A stretch of 64,000 bases of DNA from an uncultured Methanomassiliicoccales archaeon (GCA_963732855.1 CAVTBB010000003.1:285790-349789); one strand, 5' to 3'. Counted from the first letter of the stretch, positions 1-9,827 are shown. Notes: generated by a model from the letters alone, not told the origin. Numbers and translations are program-made.

Positions 1-80
1 TCATCGACCGGGTTCTCATTGGTAGCGTCTCCGAATATGTGGTGCGCAACGCACGATGCACGGTCATCGTGGTTAGATGA
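1..80 (+). CDS. universal stress protein (UspA family), C-terminal fragment entering from the left edge
   Basis: Frame 3 reads IDRVLIGSVSEYVVRNARCTVIVVR* (stop at 78-80). This resembles the conserved C-terminal end of UspA-family proteins. It is too short for the ORF track. Confidence 0.5.
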   Translation, partial: IDRVLIGSVSEYVVRNARCTVIVVR

Positions 81-100
81 GCATCCGGACATAGGGGTCC

Positions 101-607
101 TTACAGATTCGATGAAAGGCCACTGGCCCCCTTCATTCTAGATTCCATCAGGTCCAGGGCCACCATGATTCCTTGGATTATAGCCTGTGGTCGCGGAGGA
201 CAGCCTGGGATGAAAACATCCACCGGGATGACCGAGCTGACCCCATGCGAACATGCATAGGTATCGGCGAAAAGACCTCCGCTGATGGCGCACACGCCCA
301 TCGCCACAACAATCTTCGGGGAAGGTGTGGCGTTATACGTCTGGAGAAGCGCGTGCTCCATGTTCCGAGTCACCGGACCGGTGACCAACAGCATGTCGGC
401 GAACCGGGGAGACGCAACGATGTGGACGCCGAACCGCTCGATGTCGTAGATGGAGTTGTTCAGCGCGTTCACTTCCACCTCGCATGCGTTGCAGGAACCG
501 GCATCGACCTCCCGGATGGCGAGCGATCGACCTAACATCTTCTTGATTTTCTCATCCAGCAACTGCCCTAGGACCTTGATTTCTTGATCACTGCGTTCTT
601 CGGTCAA
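101..607 (-). CDS. NuoB/HycG/EchC-type [4Fe-4S] small subunit of a group-4-hydrogenase-like membrane complex
   Basis: Corresponds to the C-terminal two thirds of ORF 101..877. Motifs CNAC, GVCAISGG and PGCPPRP match the CxxC / GxCxxxG / GCPP cluster ligands. The first ~90 aa of the tracked ORF are read-through across the upstream gene. The start is placed at TTG 607 (LTEERSDQEIKVLGQLLDEKIKK); the next ATG is at 538, so the start is uncertain. Confidence 0.85.
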   Translation of the reverse strand: MTEERSDQEIKVLGQLLDEKIKKMLGRSLAIREVDAGSCNACEVEVNALNNSIYDIERFGVHIVASPRFADMLLVTGPVTRNMEHALLQTYNATPSPKIVVAMGVCAISGGLFADTYACSHGVSSVIPVDVFIPGCPPRPQAIIQGIMVALDLMESRMKGASGLSSNL

Positions 608-926
608 TCCGGTACACCACCTTAAGATTCGCGCTGTCCTTAACGGCCAGCTCGAACTTCTTTGACATCTTGATCGCCTGTTCCGGGCAGTACCTGGCAC
701 ATTCCCCGCAGAATATGCATTTGCCCACGTCGATGGAGATCGTGCTGTACCCCTCATCGATCGCTCCAGTGGGGCACACCTCGACACAGGTCTTGTCCAT
801 CCGGCAAACGTTGACGTCGACCTCAGGCATACCCATATGACCGTCATATGGCTCGTAGGGTTGGTTCGGATAGTCAACCGTTACCACCCCCTTCTTCATC
901 ACTCCCTTGGTGTACCATTTGAACAT
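588..926 (-). CDS. 2x[4Fe-4S] ferredoxin-type subunit (HycF/NuoI-like)
   Basis: 112 aa. It has one canonical motif, CIFCGECARYCP, and one variant, CRMDKTCVEVCP (CxxDxxCxxxCP, with Asp where the second Cys normally sits). It lies between the large and small subunit genes. Confidence 0.85.
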   Translation of the reverse strand: MFKWYTKGVMKKGVVTVDYPNQPYEPYDGHMGMPEVDVNVCRMDKTCVEVCPTGAIDEGYSTISIDVGKCIFCGECARYCPEQAIKMSKKFELAVKDSANLKVVYRIDRRTQ

Positions 927-935
927 GTTCTTGCC

Positions 936-2522
936 TCACAGGTCGTTCCCAGCATAGGAGAGGCTGAGACTCTTGTTCACTAATGGGAAGTCGGGCACTA
1001 TGTTACCTAGGACCGCGAACTCAATCGCCAGCCAGTTACTGAAGGAGGGATCGCGAACCTTGTGACGGAACGGAACACCTTGCCCGGCCATGATCCAGTG
1101 CATCGCTTCGCCGCGGGGTGATTCCACCAGGCTCATCCCCACTTTCTTTTCCTGCACTTCTCCCATCTTCGCCGTGAGATCGGATCCCTTCATCGACTCC
1201 AGCGCCTGTTCGATGATGCTCACCGATTCGTAGATCTCTTCGATCCTGACCTTTGTCCTGGCCAGTATGTCCCCTTCCCTATAGACGGGGACATTGAAGC
1301 TCATCCGTTTATATGCCGCATAAGGATGGTCCCGCCTTACGTCCCTATCAACACCGCTCCCCCGGGCAGCTGGCCCGACCAGGTCCATGTTCTTTGCGAT
1401 GTCGAAGGTGATCGTCCCGGTAACCTCGACTCGGTCTATCAAGGATGGCATTTCGGTGATCATTTTGACCCATTCTGTAAGATCTAACTTCATCTTTACC
1501 ACGGTCGATTTGATCTTGACCGCCTGCTCCTTGTTGATGTCCTTACGCACGCCACCCAAGGTATTGACCGAACGGAGGAATCGGCTGCCGGTGAGCCAGT
1601 CATTGAGGTCCATCATGCGCTCTTTGAGCACGTAAGCCTGCTGTGCGCCGACGTTGAACGCCGTGTCTAACGCGATACCCCCAAGATCTCCGAGATGATT
1701 GTAGATGCGTTCCATTTCCAGCAACACAGTCCTGATGTTCTCTGCCCTCTCAGGGATCTGAACTTCGGCGATCGATTCTATAGCTTGACAATACGCGGTG
1801 GAATGCGCGAAGCCATTGTCCCCGGAGATCCGCTCGGCCAAGAAAACACCACGGCGGTAGGATGTCGATTCGGATAACTTCTCCACGCCGCGGTGGACGT
1901 AGCCCAACCGAATCTCAAGATTGATGATCGGTTCTCCCGCCACGCTGAAACGGAAATGCCCCGGTTCAATGACACCAGCATGGACCGGTCCGACAGGGAT
2001 CACGAACACCCCTTCACCCTCGACCGGACGGTATGAGTAATCGGTCTTTATACGCTCCACCTTGGACTCGATATCAAAGTCCTTACGGAGCGGATAATAG
2101 CCAAGAGGCCAGTCGTCCCATAGGACTAACGGTCTCGGATCCGGATGACCAACCGCGGTTATCCCGAACATGTCCATGATCTCCCGCTCATACCAATAGG
2201 CCGCGAAGACCTCGGATGTGAGAGTTCGATATGCCGGGAGTGAATCGTCTATTTTTGTGGCCAGCGTTAGGAAAAGGTCCTTCTTGGGCAGAGAGAAGAT
2301 GGTATAGTGGCAGAAGCTGGAACTGGATTCCCGTTCGTCAGTGGCATGTTCGGAGATTAGGGTCACATGGTACCGCCGATTCAGGTGAGCCACCATATCA
2401 GGAAGTGTGTCCTTGTTCAAATCGATGCGGAGGTTCCTGCCTTCGAATGACGTCGAGAGCACTCCGATGGCTATGTTAGGGGGCAGGTCCTCGAGTATCT
2501 CCATCAAGTACTCTTCGCTCAT
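936..2522 (-). CDS. fused NuoC/NuoD-like (HycE/HyfG-like) large subunit lacking the NiFe-binding cysteines
   Basis: 528 aa. GPVHAGVIEPGHFRF and RLGYVHRGVEKL are typical of group-4 large subunits. The N-terminal ligand motif reads RISGDNGFAHS where RxCGxCxxxH is expected. The C-terminus reads SLSLSYAGNDL* where DPCxxCxxR/H is expected. Confidence 0.85.
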   Translation of the reverse strand: MSEEYLMEILEDLPPNIAIGVLSTSFEGRNLRIDLNKDTLPDMVAHLNRRYHVTLISEHATDERESSSSFCHYTIFSLPKKDLFLTLATKIDDSLPAYRTLTSEVFAAYWYEREIMDMFGITAVGHPDPRPLVLWDDWPLGYYPLRKDFDIESKVERIKTDYSYRPVEGEGVFVIPVGPVHAGVIEPGHFRFSVAGEPIINLEIRLGYVHRGVEKLSESTSYRRGVFLAERISGDNGFAHSTAYCQAIESIAEVQIPERAENIRTVLLEMERIYNHLGDLGGIALDTAFNVGAQQAYVLKERMMDLNDWLTGSRFLRSVNTLGGVRKDINKEQAVKIKSTVVKMKLDLTEWVKMITEMPSLIDRVEVTGTITFDIAKNMDLVGPAARGSGVDRDVRRDHPYAAYKRMSFNVPVYREGDILARTKVRIEEIYESVSIIEQALESMKGSDLTAKMGEVQEKKVGMSLVESPRGEAMHWIMAGQGVPFRHKVRDPSFSNWLAIEFAVLGNIVPDFPLVNKSLSLSYAGNDL

Positions 2523-3904
2523 GGGAACACCTGGAACAAAGACGCGATACTGACTAACAGATCATTCAGTTGTGTCGGGATGAACACACCCATCACCAGA
2601 ATCATTACCAATAGTGCTCCCATGGGCAGGAAGCGGGAACGTTCCAGCTCGCCCTTGGACACGCCTTCCGTAGGCTCACCGAACATCATCTTGCTGACGT
2701 GGTACATGAACGCAGCGAATATCACCGCGAGCAAGAGGATATAGATGCCTACTGCTAGATAGTTGGCCGAAGAAAGGCCTCCAGTGAGTATCGTCACCTC
2801 GGAGAGGAATATGCTGAACGGCGGGGAGCCGGTGATCGCCAAGGCGCCCGCTATGAACAAAATAGCGGTCGTTGGCATCAAGGTCGCCACGCCCCTGATC
2901 TCGAGGATCTCCCGGGTCTTGAACTTCTGCAATAGGTTACCGGCACCCAGGAACATCAGGCACTTTGTGAGAGCGTGGTTCAGCATATGCAGCAGAGCAC
3001 CGAATATTCCCAGGAACCCGCCAATACCGAAACCGAACGCGATAATCCCCATGTGCTCGATTGACGAATAAGCAAGCAGCCGCTTGAAATCCCTGGCCAC
3101 AATGATGAAAGACGCCGCCACGGCCATTGATACCAGGCCGAATATCAGCAATAACATGGAGGAGAATCCGGGTACTGTCACGGAGGTTATCAGGTGGAAC
3201 CTTAGGATACCATACATTGCGCAATTCAGGAGCACCCCTGAAAGGAGGGCGCTAACCGGTGTCGGGGCTTGGGAGTGCGCGTCGGGTAGCCAGGTGTGCA
3301 TCGGCGCCAGCCCCACCTTAGTGCCGTAACCCACCATGATCAGGATGAATGATATTTTTAGAAGGGTGGGGTCCAGATGCGCGGCCTCCGCCATCAGCCT
3401 GGACCAGTTCAGCGCATCGGAGGACTCGCCCAGGGCTGCGATCGAAGAAGCGTAAGCGAGTATCGTGCCGAATAACGCTAGCGTTATTCCGACGGAGCAG
3501 ATTATCAGGTACTTCCATGCCGCCTCGACGGCCAGGTCGTTCTCGGTGAAACCGACCAGGAAGGCGGACGCGAGCGTGGTCGCCTCGATGGCGATCCACA
3601 TGATTCCCAGGTTATTGCTGACGACCACCATCAGCATGGTGAACATGAAAATGTGGAACAGGATGTAATAATATTTGGCCCGCTCCATCGACAGCTCCCT
3701 TTCCTTGAGCTCATGACCGATGTATGGAATCGAATAGATAGCCGCCATCATGCCGATGAAGATGATGATGAAAAGCATGTAAGCGCTCAGAGAGTCCAGG
3801 TACCAGATTCCATATTCGATGTTGCCGTTAGTGATCACATCGTAGACCATGTAGCACCCGATTGCGAATAGTGCCACAATACCGGTGGTGGAGGCTACCT
3901 CCAT
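2519..3904 (-). CDS. NuoN/NuoM/HyfF-like antiporter-type membrane subunit (N-terminal helix apparently displaced by a frameshift; see findings)
   Basis: 461 aa polytopic protein with Mrp/NuoN-type motifs (WLPDAHSQAPTPVSALLSG, AYSSIEHMG). Its stop overlaps the start of the large subunit gene. Confidence 0.85.
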   Translation of the reverse strand: MEVASTTGIVALFAIGCYMVYDVITNGNIEYGIWYLDSLSAYMLFIIIFIGMMAAIYSIPYIGHELKERELSMERAKYYYILFHIFMFTMLMVVVSNNLGIMWIAIEATTLASAFLVGFTENDLAVEAAWKYLIICSVGITLALFGTILAYASSIAALGESSDALNWSRLMAEAAHLDPTLLKISFILIMVGYGTKVGLAPMHTWLPDAHSQAPTPVSALLSGVLLNCAMYGILRFHLITSVTVPGFSSMLLLIFGLVSMAVAASFIIVARDFKRLLAYSSIEHMGIIAFGFGIGGFLGIFGALLHMLNHALTKCLMFLGAGNLLQKFKTREILEIRGVATLMPTTAILFIAGALAITGSPPFSIFLSEVTILTGGLSSANYLAVGIYILLLAVIFAAFMYHVSKMMFGEPTEGVSKGELERSRFLPMGALLVMILVMGVFIPTQLNDLLVSIASLFQVFP

Positions 3905-3979
3905 CTGACGGCGGGACTTGGTCGAAAAAAATTAGGAACGCGGTCACGATTGGGATCGCTATCATCAGTTCAAGCATCA

Positions 3980-4639
3980 TCAGTCTCTCAGCCTCCGCAT
4001 GAATGTAGTGTCGACCGTCTCGAAAGTATGGTTGATCTTGAAGGCGAAGATCCCCATGATTATTGCGGCGACCAGTACATCAAAGAAAATGCCGATCTCG
4101 ACGATCATCGGCATGCCATACGTCAACGATATTGCTGCCAGGAATAAACCGTTCTCCATCATCAGGAGCCCTACGATCTCGGTCATCGCCTTGCGTCGGG
4201 CGATGATGACGAAGAACCCGATCAGAACCACCGCCAACGAAATTGCTAGACAGTTCTTTGTGATCACGCTTCCCTGGGCAATGATGGGAGATGCAATATA
4301 ATACGCGACGAAGGTAAGCGCACCGCATATCAGGAGAGACCCTGGTATGCTGACCAATGGCTCTACCTCCTTCTTGACCTTGAGGCGGTCCACCGTATAG
4401 TTCAGGAACCTAGGGATGACAATGACCTTCAACACGATTGTCATGATGGCGACGAAATAGATGTGGTCCGCCTTCGTATAATAGGCGACCGCGGCCGCCA
4501 GCAACCCGAGCGCCAAGGAACCGAGGGTATACGCCCGGATGATCTGAGGCATCCTTACCCCTGCCACTAGAACGAATGCGAACAGGAGGATAAGTGCTGC
4601 CAGCCCATTTATCACGTCGGTTAGGATAATGTCGCTCAT
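3980..4639 (-). CDS. HyfE-like small membrane subunit (NuoK-related)
   Basis: 219 aa and very hydrophobic. It occupies the position that hyfE holds in hyf operons. Confidence 0.65.
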   Translation of the reverse strand: MSDIILTDVINGLAALILLFAFVLVAGVRMPQIIRAYTLGSLALGLLAAAVAYYTKADHIYFVAIMTIVLKVIVIPRFLNYTVDRLKVKKEVEPLVSIPGSLLICGALTFVAYYIASPIIAQGSVITKNCLAISLAVVLIGFFVIIARRKAMTEIVGLLMMENGLFLAAISLTYGMPMIVEIGIFFDVLVAAIIMGIFAFKINHTFETVDTTFMRRLRD

Positions 4640-4649
4640 TTTGTACGCC

Positions 4650-5600
4650 TCATAGGATATAGAATGACATCACCGCCAGCAGGGCCAGAGTGAAAGATAC
4701 GGTCAACAGGTTGGGCAGCCGGAACAACCGAAGCTTCGATATGGACGACTCGATAATTGCGATGACCAGTGCCAGGAACAATACCTTGACCATGATCGCG
4801 ATGAGCCCGCCCCCGATGCTTAGCACCGACAGGTCATTCGCTATTCCCCAGGGGAAGAACACATTTGACAATATCGAGAAGTACAGGACCAGCCGAGTCA
4901 TGCTAGACAGTTCCATTAACCCCAGTTTCTTGCCTGAGTACTCTAGGATCATGCCCTCGTGGATCATCGTGAGCTCCAGGTGAGTGGTCGGGTTGTCTAC
5001 CGGAACCCGCGCATTCTCAGCGATCGTGGAGATCATGAAAGCGGCGGAAGCCAGGAATAGGGCAGGTCGCACCAGGTCGATACCCGAGATGGAGAGGGCG
5101 CTGGCAATCGTCCCCAGGCTGGTCGTTCCTGTGATTAGGCCCATGGAGAAGATTGAAAGCAGCATCGTAGGTTCGACGATCGACGCTACCATCATTTCCC
5201 TGCTGGAGCCCATGCCTCCGAAGGCGCTACCGGCGTCCAACGCCGCCAACGCGGTGAAGAAGCGAATGGTGCCCAACAAATAGACCACAACAATGAGGTC
5301 ACCGACGAAACCGAGCGTCCTGGTGACGAACACCGGCACGAGGAGCGCGGCGATCAGCACCATGGCCATGGAGATGTATGGTGTGACAGAGAATATCCAT
5401 GAGGCCTCACTTGAAACGACGGAATCCTTGTGGAAATACTTGGCTATATCATGGTAGGGCTGGAATATGCTTGCACCCCGCCTCGATTGCATATACGCCT
5501 TAATCTTCCGGATGATTCCTGTGACCAGTGGCGCTATCGCCAGCAGGAACAGGGCCTGCAGGACGCTCAGCACGATGTCGAAGTATATCTGGTCCATCAT
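4650..5600 (-). CDS. NuoH/HycD/HyfC-like membrane subunit
   Basis: 316 aa polytopic protein with NuoH-type features (RRGASIFQPYHDIAKYF, LTMIHEGMILEYSG). Confidence 0.85.
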   Translation of the reverse strand: MMDQIYFDIVLSVLQALFLLAIAPLVTGIIRKIKAYMQSRRGASIFQPYHDIAKYFHKDSVVSSEASWIFSVTPYISMAMVLIAALLVPVFVTRTLGFVGDLIVVVYLLGTIRFFTALAALDAGSAFGGMGSSREMMVASIVEPTMLLSIFSMGLITGTTSLGTIASALSISGIDLVRPALFLASAAFMISTIAENARVPVDNPTTHLELTMIHEGMILEYSGKKLGLMELSSMTRLVLYFSILSNVFFPWGIANDLSVLSIGGGLIAIMVKVLFLALVIAIIESSISKLRLFRLPNLLTVSFTLALLAVMSFYIL

Positions 5601-5601
5601 A

Positions 5602-7620
5602 TCACCTGAATATGATCAGCAAGAACACGAGCGTCACGAAGATGTAGGCCAAATAGGCCTGGATGCTGCCCGCCTGGATCTTGCTGACCCGGTGCGCCAG
5701 GCTGACCATGGCGGCCACGATCGGACGGTACAAGTATATTTCGAACACTGGCACGACGGTGAAGGCGTATGACACCTTCTTCTTCACATAAGGTGAGGTT
5801 GTCGATTCGGTCCTGACCTCCGGCTTGGGCCGATAGATGTAATTGAAAACTTTGACCAGAGGATTGGAATAAGCGGCCCCGGTATATTGGTTCCGGGCGG
5901 TTAGCGGGGTCCCGCAATCCCATGTGTCACCTACCACGGTCTTACGCTTTCCCCCATAGCGCCTCGTGATCACAATGACCAGAGGAACCATTGTGGCGAT
6001 TAGAATCGCCAATATGAACGGTGACATGGTCGAGAACTGGTCGTTGGTCGGGCTAATGACGAACCCGTTAACGATGGAGGAGGCCGCCGAAGCCCCTACA
6101 AGGGGAGCGGTTACTTCGTCCACATATGGTATGATCGCGAAGGACAAGACGCCCGTGACGATGCACATGAAGGCCGCCATCCCAGAACCGACGAGCATGG
6201 ACCGAGGTACTTCTTTGGCGTGTTCGGCGTGCTCACTGCGGGGCTTTGCCAAGAACACAATACCGAAAAGTCTCACGAAACAAACCGCAGCCAGTGCGCC
6301 GGTCAATGCCAATATCGCAATTGCCACCGGCAGCAGTATCTTGACCGTCATGTCCGGTATCTGGAACGATTGCAGCAGCGACTGGAAGATCAGCCATTCG
6401 CTGACGAAACCATTGAACGGCGGTATGGCCGAGATGGACAGGGCACCGATGAAGAATATGATCCCGGTCCATTTCATTCTCTTGGCCAGCCCCCCGAGCT
6501 TCTCCATATCCTTGGTGTGAGTGGCGAATAGAATTGACCCCGCACCCATGAAGAGAGCTCCCTTGAAGAAAGCGTGATTCATTACATGGAGCAGTGTAGC
6601 GATGAGGGCTAGACCGGCAAGCAGGTTCAGGTTATATGACTGGAAGACCATCGCCGCGCCGAGTCCGATAAGGATGATCCCCACATTCTCGACCGTGGAG
6701 TATGCCAGTACTCTCTTGATATCGGTCTCCATCAATGCGTACATCACACCGAGTAGCGCGGAGATCGAGGCCACCAGCAATACCAGCAGACCCCACCAGG
6801 TATCGGTGACGCCGAGAAAATCAAAGAAAGTACGGATCATCATGAACACGGCGGTCTTGACCATGACACCTGACATGAGTGCCGAGACGTTCGAGGGCGC
6901 GGCGGGATGGGCATAGGGTAGCCATACGTGCAACGGAATAATTCCGGCCTTGGTCCCGAAACCGATGAAGAGCAGTACGAACAACGTGCTCTTGAGGGCG
7001 CTCGGCATCGTTGCCCCTACCCCCGAGAACGCGGAGAAATCGAACGAATGGGCGTATATCCCCATCATGACCAGCGCAACCATGATCAGTGCTGTGCCCA
7101 GGTGGGTCATGACCACGTAGAGGAGACCAGAGGAAGGGATTCCTTCCTTCCGGTTCTCATACACAACCAGAAGATATGATGTCAATGACATCGCCTCCCA
7201 GACGACCAGGAAGAATATGGCGTTACTGGCCGAGACGACAAAGGCCATGGAAAGCAGGAACAGGTTGAATAGCAGGCCGAGCAGGCCGATACTGTACTTG
7301 CCGTCATATTCTTTCGAGTACCCTATCGAGTAGATCGAAACGGCGAACGACACCATCGAAATGACCAGGAGGAAGAATGCGCTCAAGCGGTCCAGGGCGA
7401 AACCGAACTGCCCAAAGGGAGTTTCAAATGGTAACTGGAGGTTCATCGGTGAGCCGGTCAGAACCAAGATAGCTGTTATCGTCCCGAAGATGGCGGACAG
7501 CGCCGCGGCACCAAAAGATACGGAGGCACAAGTCCTCTCCCATTGTCTGAGGGCAACGGCGGAGACTGCTCCAACGATACCTGTTACTGTAAGCAGAATA
7601 AAGAACAGATCAGCGTCCAA
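5602..7620 (-). CDS. NuoL/HycC/HyfB-like antiporter-type membrane subunit
   Basis: 672 aa. Carries the NuoL/Mrp motifs WLPYAHPAAPSNVSALMSG and AYSTVENVG. It is the first gene of the 7-gene block. Confidence 0.85.
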   Translation of the reverse strand: MDADLFFILLTVTGIVGAVSAVALRQWERTCASVSFGAAALSAIFGTITAILVLTGSPMNLQLPFETPFGQFGFALDRLSAFFLLVISMVSFAVSIYSIGYSKEYDGKYSIGLLGLLFNLFLLSMAFVVSASNAIFFLVVWEAMSLTSYLLVVYENRKEGIPSSGLLYVVMTHLGTALIMVALVMMGIYAHSFDFSAFSGVGATMPSALKSTLFVLLFIGFGTKAGIIPLHVWLPYAHPAAPSNVSALMSGVMVKTAVFMMIRTFFDFLGVTDTWWGLLVLLVASISALLGVMYALMETDIKRVLAYSTVENVGIILIGLGAAMVFQSYNLNLLAGLALIATLLHVMNHAFFKGALFMGAGSILFATHTKDMEKLGGLAKRMKWTGIIFFIGALSISAIPPFNGFVSEWLIFQSLLQSFQIPDMTVKILLPVAIAILALTGALAAVCFVRLFGIVFLAKPRSEHAEHAKEVPRSMLVGSGMAAFMCIVTGVLSFAIIPYVDEVTAPLVGASAASSIVNGFVISPTNDQFSTMSPFILAILIATMVPLVIVITRRYGGKRKTVVGDTWDCGTPLTARNQYTGAAYSNPLVKVFNYIYRPKPEVRTESTTSPYVKKKVSYAFTVVPVFEIYLYRPIVAAMVSLAHRVSKIQAGSIQAYLAYIFVTLVFLLIIFR

Positions 7621-7794
7621 AGGATGTCCCCCGTGCTCTTGTCACGATCTTTCGCGGCGCATCCAACGTCCCATTGAAGTTCGTACTCGTTGTGAAGACC
7701 TTCTGTGTTTTGTTGGCAAATCAATACTTGCCTTTAACCTTTCGTCATGAACGGCCCAGGTCGTCCATCCGCTAATGGGTATCCTCCAATACCA

Positions 7795-9786
7795 CTAAGG
7801 GTCGGGATCAGCCCGTTTTCTTCCCGCGGAGAAGAACCTCATGGCCATGCCCACGGCCATTAGGCCGGCCCCGGTCCACAGGAAGGACATCAAAGGTATA
7901 ATTTTCAACTGGATGTTGGCGGTGGAGTTGTCGACCCAATCATATGTGATGTAGACATCCTCCATTGCCGCGCTGTAGACGAAAACCATGACATCGACCT
8001 TGCCCAGGTCTCCGAAAAGGGATAGATACATGGCCTTGAGGGCGATGCCGCCCTGTATCAGTTGCCCGTTGTGGTATAGATCGACGGTCGCCTGCCGCAG
8101 CTGATCGTACCGTTCCCCTGCGACGTTGGTCACGTTGATGATGCTCACTTCCTTCACCGTGATCGAATATCCATCCACGCCCACCGTCCCTCCGATCGGC
8201 ACCTTGTTGTACTCTCCCGAGGCTGGGAAAGCCTGGGCATTAGTGGAGACAACAAACGCCAGAAACATCAATGCCACCCCAAAGTGCATGACCTGGGGAC
8301 CTGCCCGGAACAGAGTCTTGCGGAGGGAACAAATCACCCGGGAACGGATTATCAGCTCCACCGAGATCATGATGGAGACGATCGCCGGAGGGACGACCAG
8401 GCCGATCTCCAGACTCGAACCGAGCAACGACATGACAGCGCCCAGTCCGATCGAAGAGGCGACCAGGCCAATAGCCAGCCATGTCATCCACTTGCCCTTG
8501 ACCCATTTGTAGACCAGGCAAAGAGACATGGCGATCAGTATGGCGGCGACGAAGAAGGACATCTTCTGGTTGAACTCCACGAAGTTCGCTGTCATACTGA
8601 GGTCCACGTTCTTGACCATGATGAGCAGGATGACCGCCGCGGCCAGAACCATGATGACAACGGCCATGGTCATCAAGGATCGATCGGTGAAGAGATCGCC
8701 TTCGTCCTCTGTTGACTTGGGAGCTGAACGGTAGTTCCGGTAAAGATAAAACATTCCCAACAGGAAGATCGCCATCAGCACGATGAAAGAGACCGCGACG
8801 ACTGCGTCCTTCTGCAGCGCCCTTGACAGCCGGTCCGGCGCCGATTCCAGGGCACCCGTCCCGAAAGAATGCACCGATGCCGCCCATATCCCACCCGCCC
8901 GGGTGATGAAGGTCACGAGCAGGGCGGATGAGAACGTTATCATGGCCATAGGCGCAGCGACCATCCGAAATTGCTTTCCTCGCATGTTACGCAGAAGCAC
9001 ATGTACCAGAGCGGTCGAGAGCACCCATGCGAGCAGCGAAGATGTCTCCACCGGGTCCCACCCCCAATATCCCCCCCATCCGATGACGTAATAAGCCCAA
9101 ACCGCCCCAATGACTATTCCAAGGGTCAATAGAAGCCACGCCGGCCTTGCCCAGAAGAGCCCGGTCTCAGCCCATCCCTCTTCCTTGTTCAGTTGACCGG
9201 AGAAGGCCGAAGCGAACACCATCATGAGCAAGGCATAAGCAGCAAAGACCAAGATCGGGTGCACAGCCATCTCCGGGGTCTGGAGCGACAACTCCATGCC
9301 CTGGCCGTCGGGATATAAGGAAACAAGGGTCGGATCGCTTGGTGCGAAGATGTTCACGGTCAGAAGAACGATGGCAAAAATGGCGGTCACTGACACCGCG
9401 ATCAGTCTGAGCCGGGCATGGAATACCGTGTTTGCCAAATTCGCGCGTCTTTCTCTGAACAGTTCCAGCGCCGTGACCAAGGACATCAGCCAGACGAGCA
9501 GCACAAAGGAACCTGGCGGGCCAGCCCATATCCCTGAGATCTTGTAAACGATATCGAGATCTTTTGAAGAGTTGGTCCACACGTAGGAAAGGGAGGTATC
9601 GGTCACTAAGAAGGAATAAAGGAGGTAAAGAAGGGACAGGCTCATTGCGGAGAAGGAGAGAAGCATGGCCAGGTCGAATACCCTGTCCAGCTTGTGCTGT
9701 TTGAGATAAGTGCTGGCAAACCCGCACAGGGCTGAAACGGCCATTAATATCGCCCCTATGACCAAAAGTACGTCTCCGATCCCCAT
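7795..9786 (-). CDS. ccmF: cytochrome c-type biogenesis protein CcmF (heme lyase component)
   Basis: Polytopic protein with the Trp-rich motif WGGYWGWDPVETSSLLAW. The start is placed at MGIGDVLLVIG (9786), which is preceded by GGGAG. The tracked ORF extends to 9819. Confidence 0.85.
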   Translation of the reverse strand: MGIGDVLLVIGAILMAVSALCGFASTYLKQHKLDRVFDLAMLLSFSAMSLSLLYLLYSFLVTDTSLSYVWTNSSKDLDIVYKISGIWAGPPGSFVLLVWLMSLVTALELFRERRANLANTVFHARLRLIAVSVTAIFAIVLLTVNIFAPSDPTLVSLYPDGQGMELSLQTPEMAVHPILVFAAYALLMMVFASAFSGQLNKEEGWAETGLFWARPAWLLLTLGIVIGAVWAYYVIGWGGYWGWDPVETSSLLAWVLSTALVHVLLRNMRGKQFRMVAAPMAMITFSSALLVTFITRAGGIWAASVHSFGTGALESAPDRLSRALQKDAVVAVSFIVLMAIFLLGMFYLYRNYRSAPKSTEDEGDLFTDRSLMTMAVVIMVLAAAVILLIMVKNVDLSMTANFVEFNQKMSFFVAAILIAMSLCLVYKWVKGKWMTWLAIGLVASSIGLGAVMSLLGSSLEIGLVVPPAIVSIMISVELIIRSRVICSLRKTLFRAGPQVMHFGVALMFLAFVVSTNAQAFPASGEYNKVPIGGTVGVDGYSITVKEVSIINVTNVAGERYDQLRQATVDLYHNGQLIQGGIALKAMYLSLFGDLGKVDVMVFVYSAAMEDVYITYDWVDNSTANIQLKIIPLMSFLWTGAGLMAVGMAMRFFSAGRKRADPDP

Positions 9787-9827
9787 TTTATTCTCCCGCC
9801 TCTGGCTAGATGATAGCACCTATCAAA

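Noticed and set aside
936-2522. Calling the 528-aa protein a [NiFe]-hydrogenase catalytic subunit, and the operon a hydrogenase-4 or formate hydrogenlyase
   Set aside because: Both Cys pairs that ligate the NiFe centre are absent: the motifs read RISGDNGFAHS and a C-terminal SLSLSYAGNDL. No hyp/hycI or fdhF genes are nearby. It is annotated as hydrogenase-like (Ehr-type) instead.
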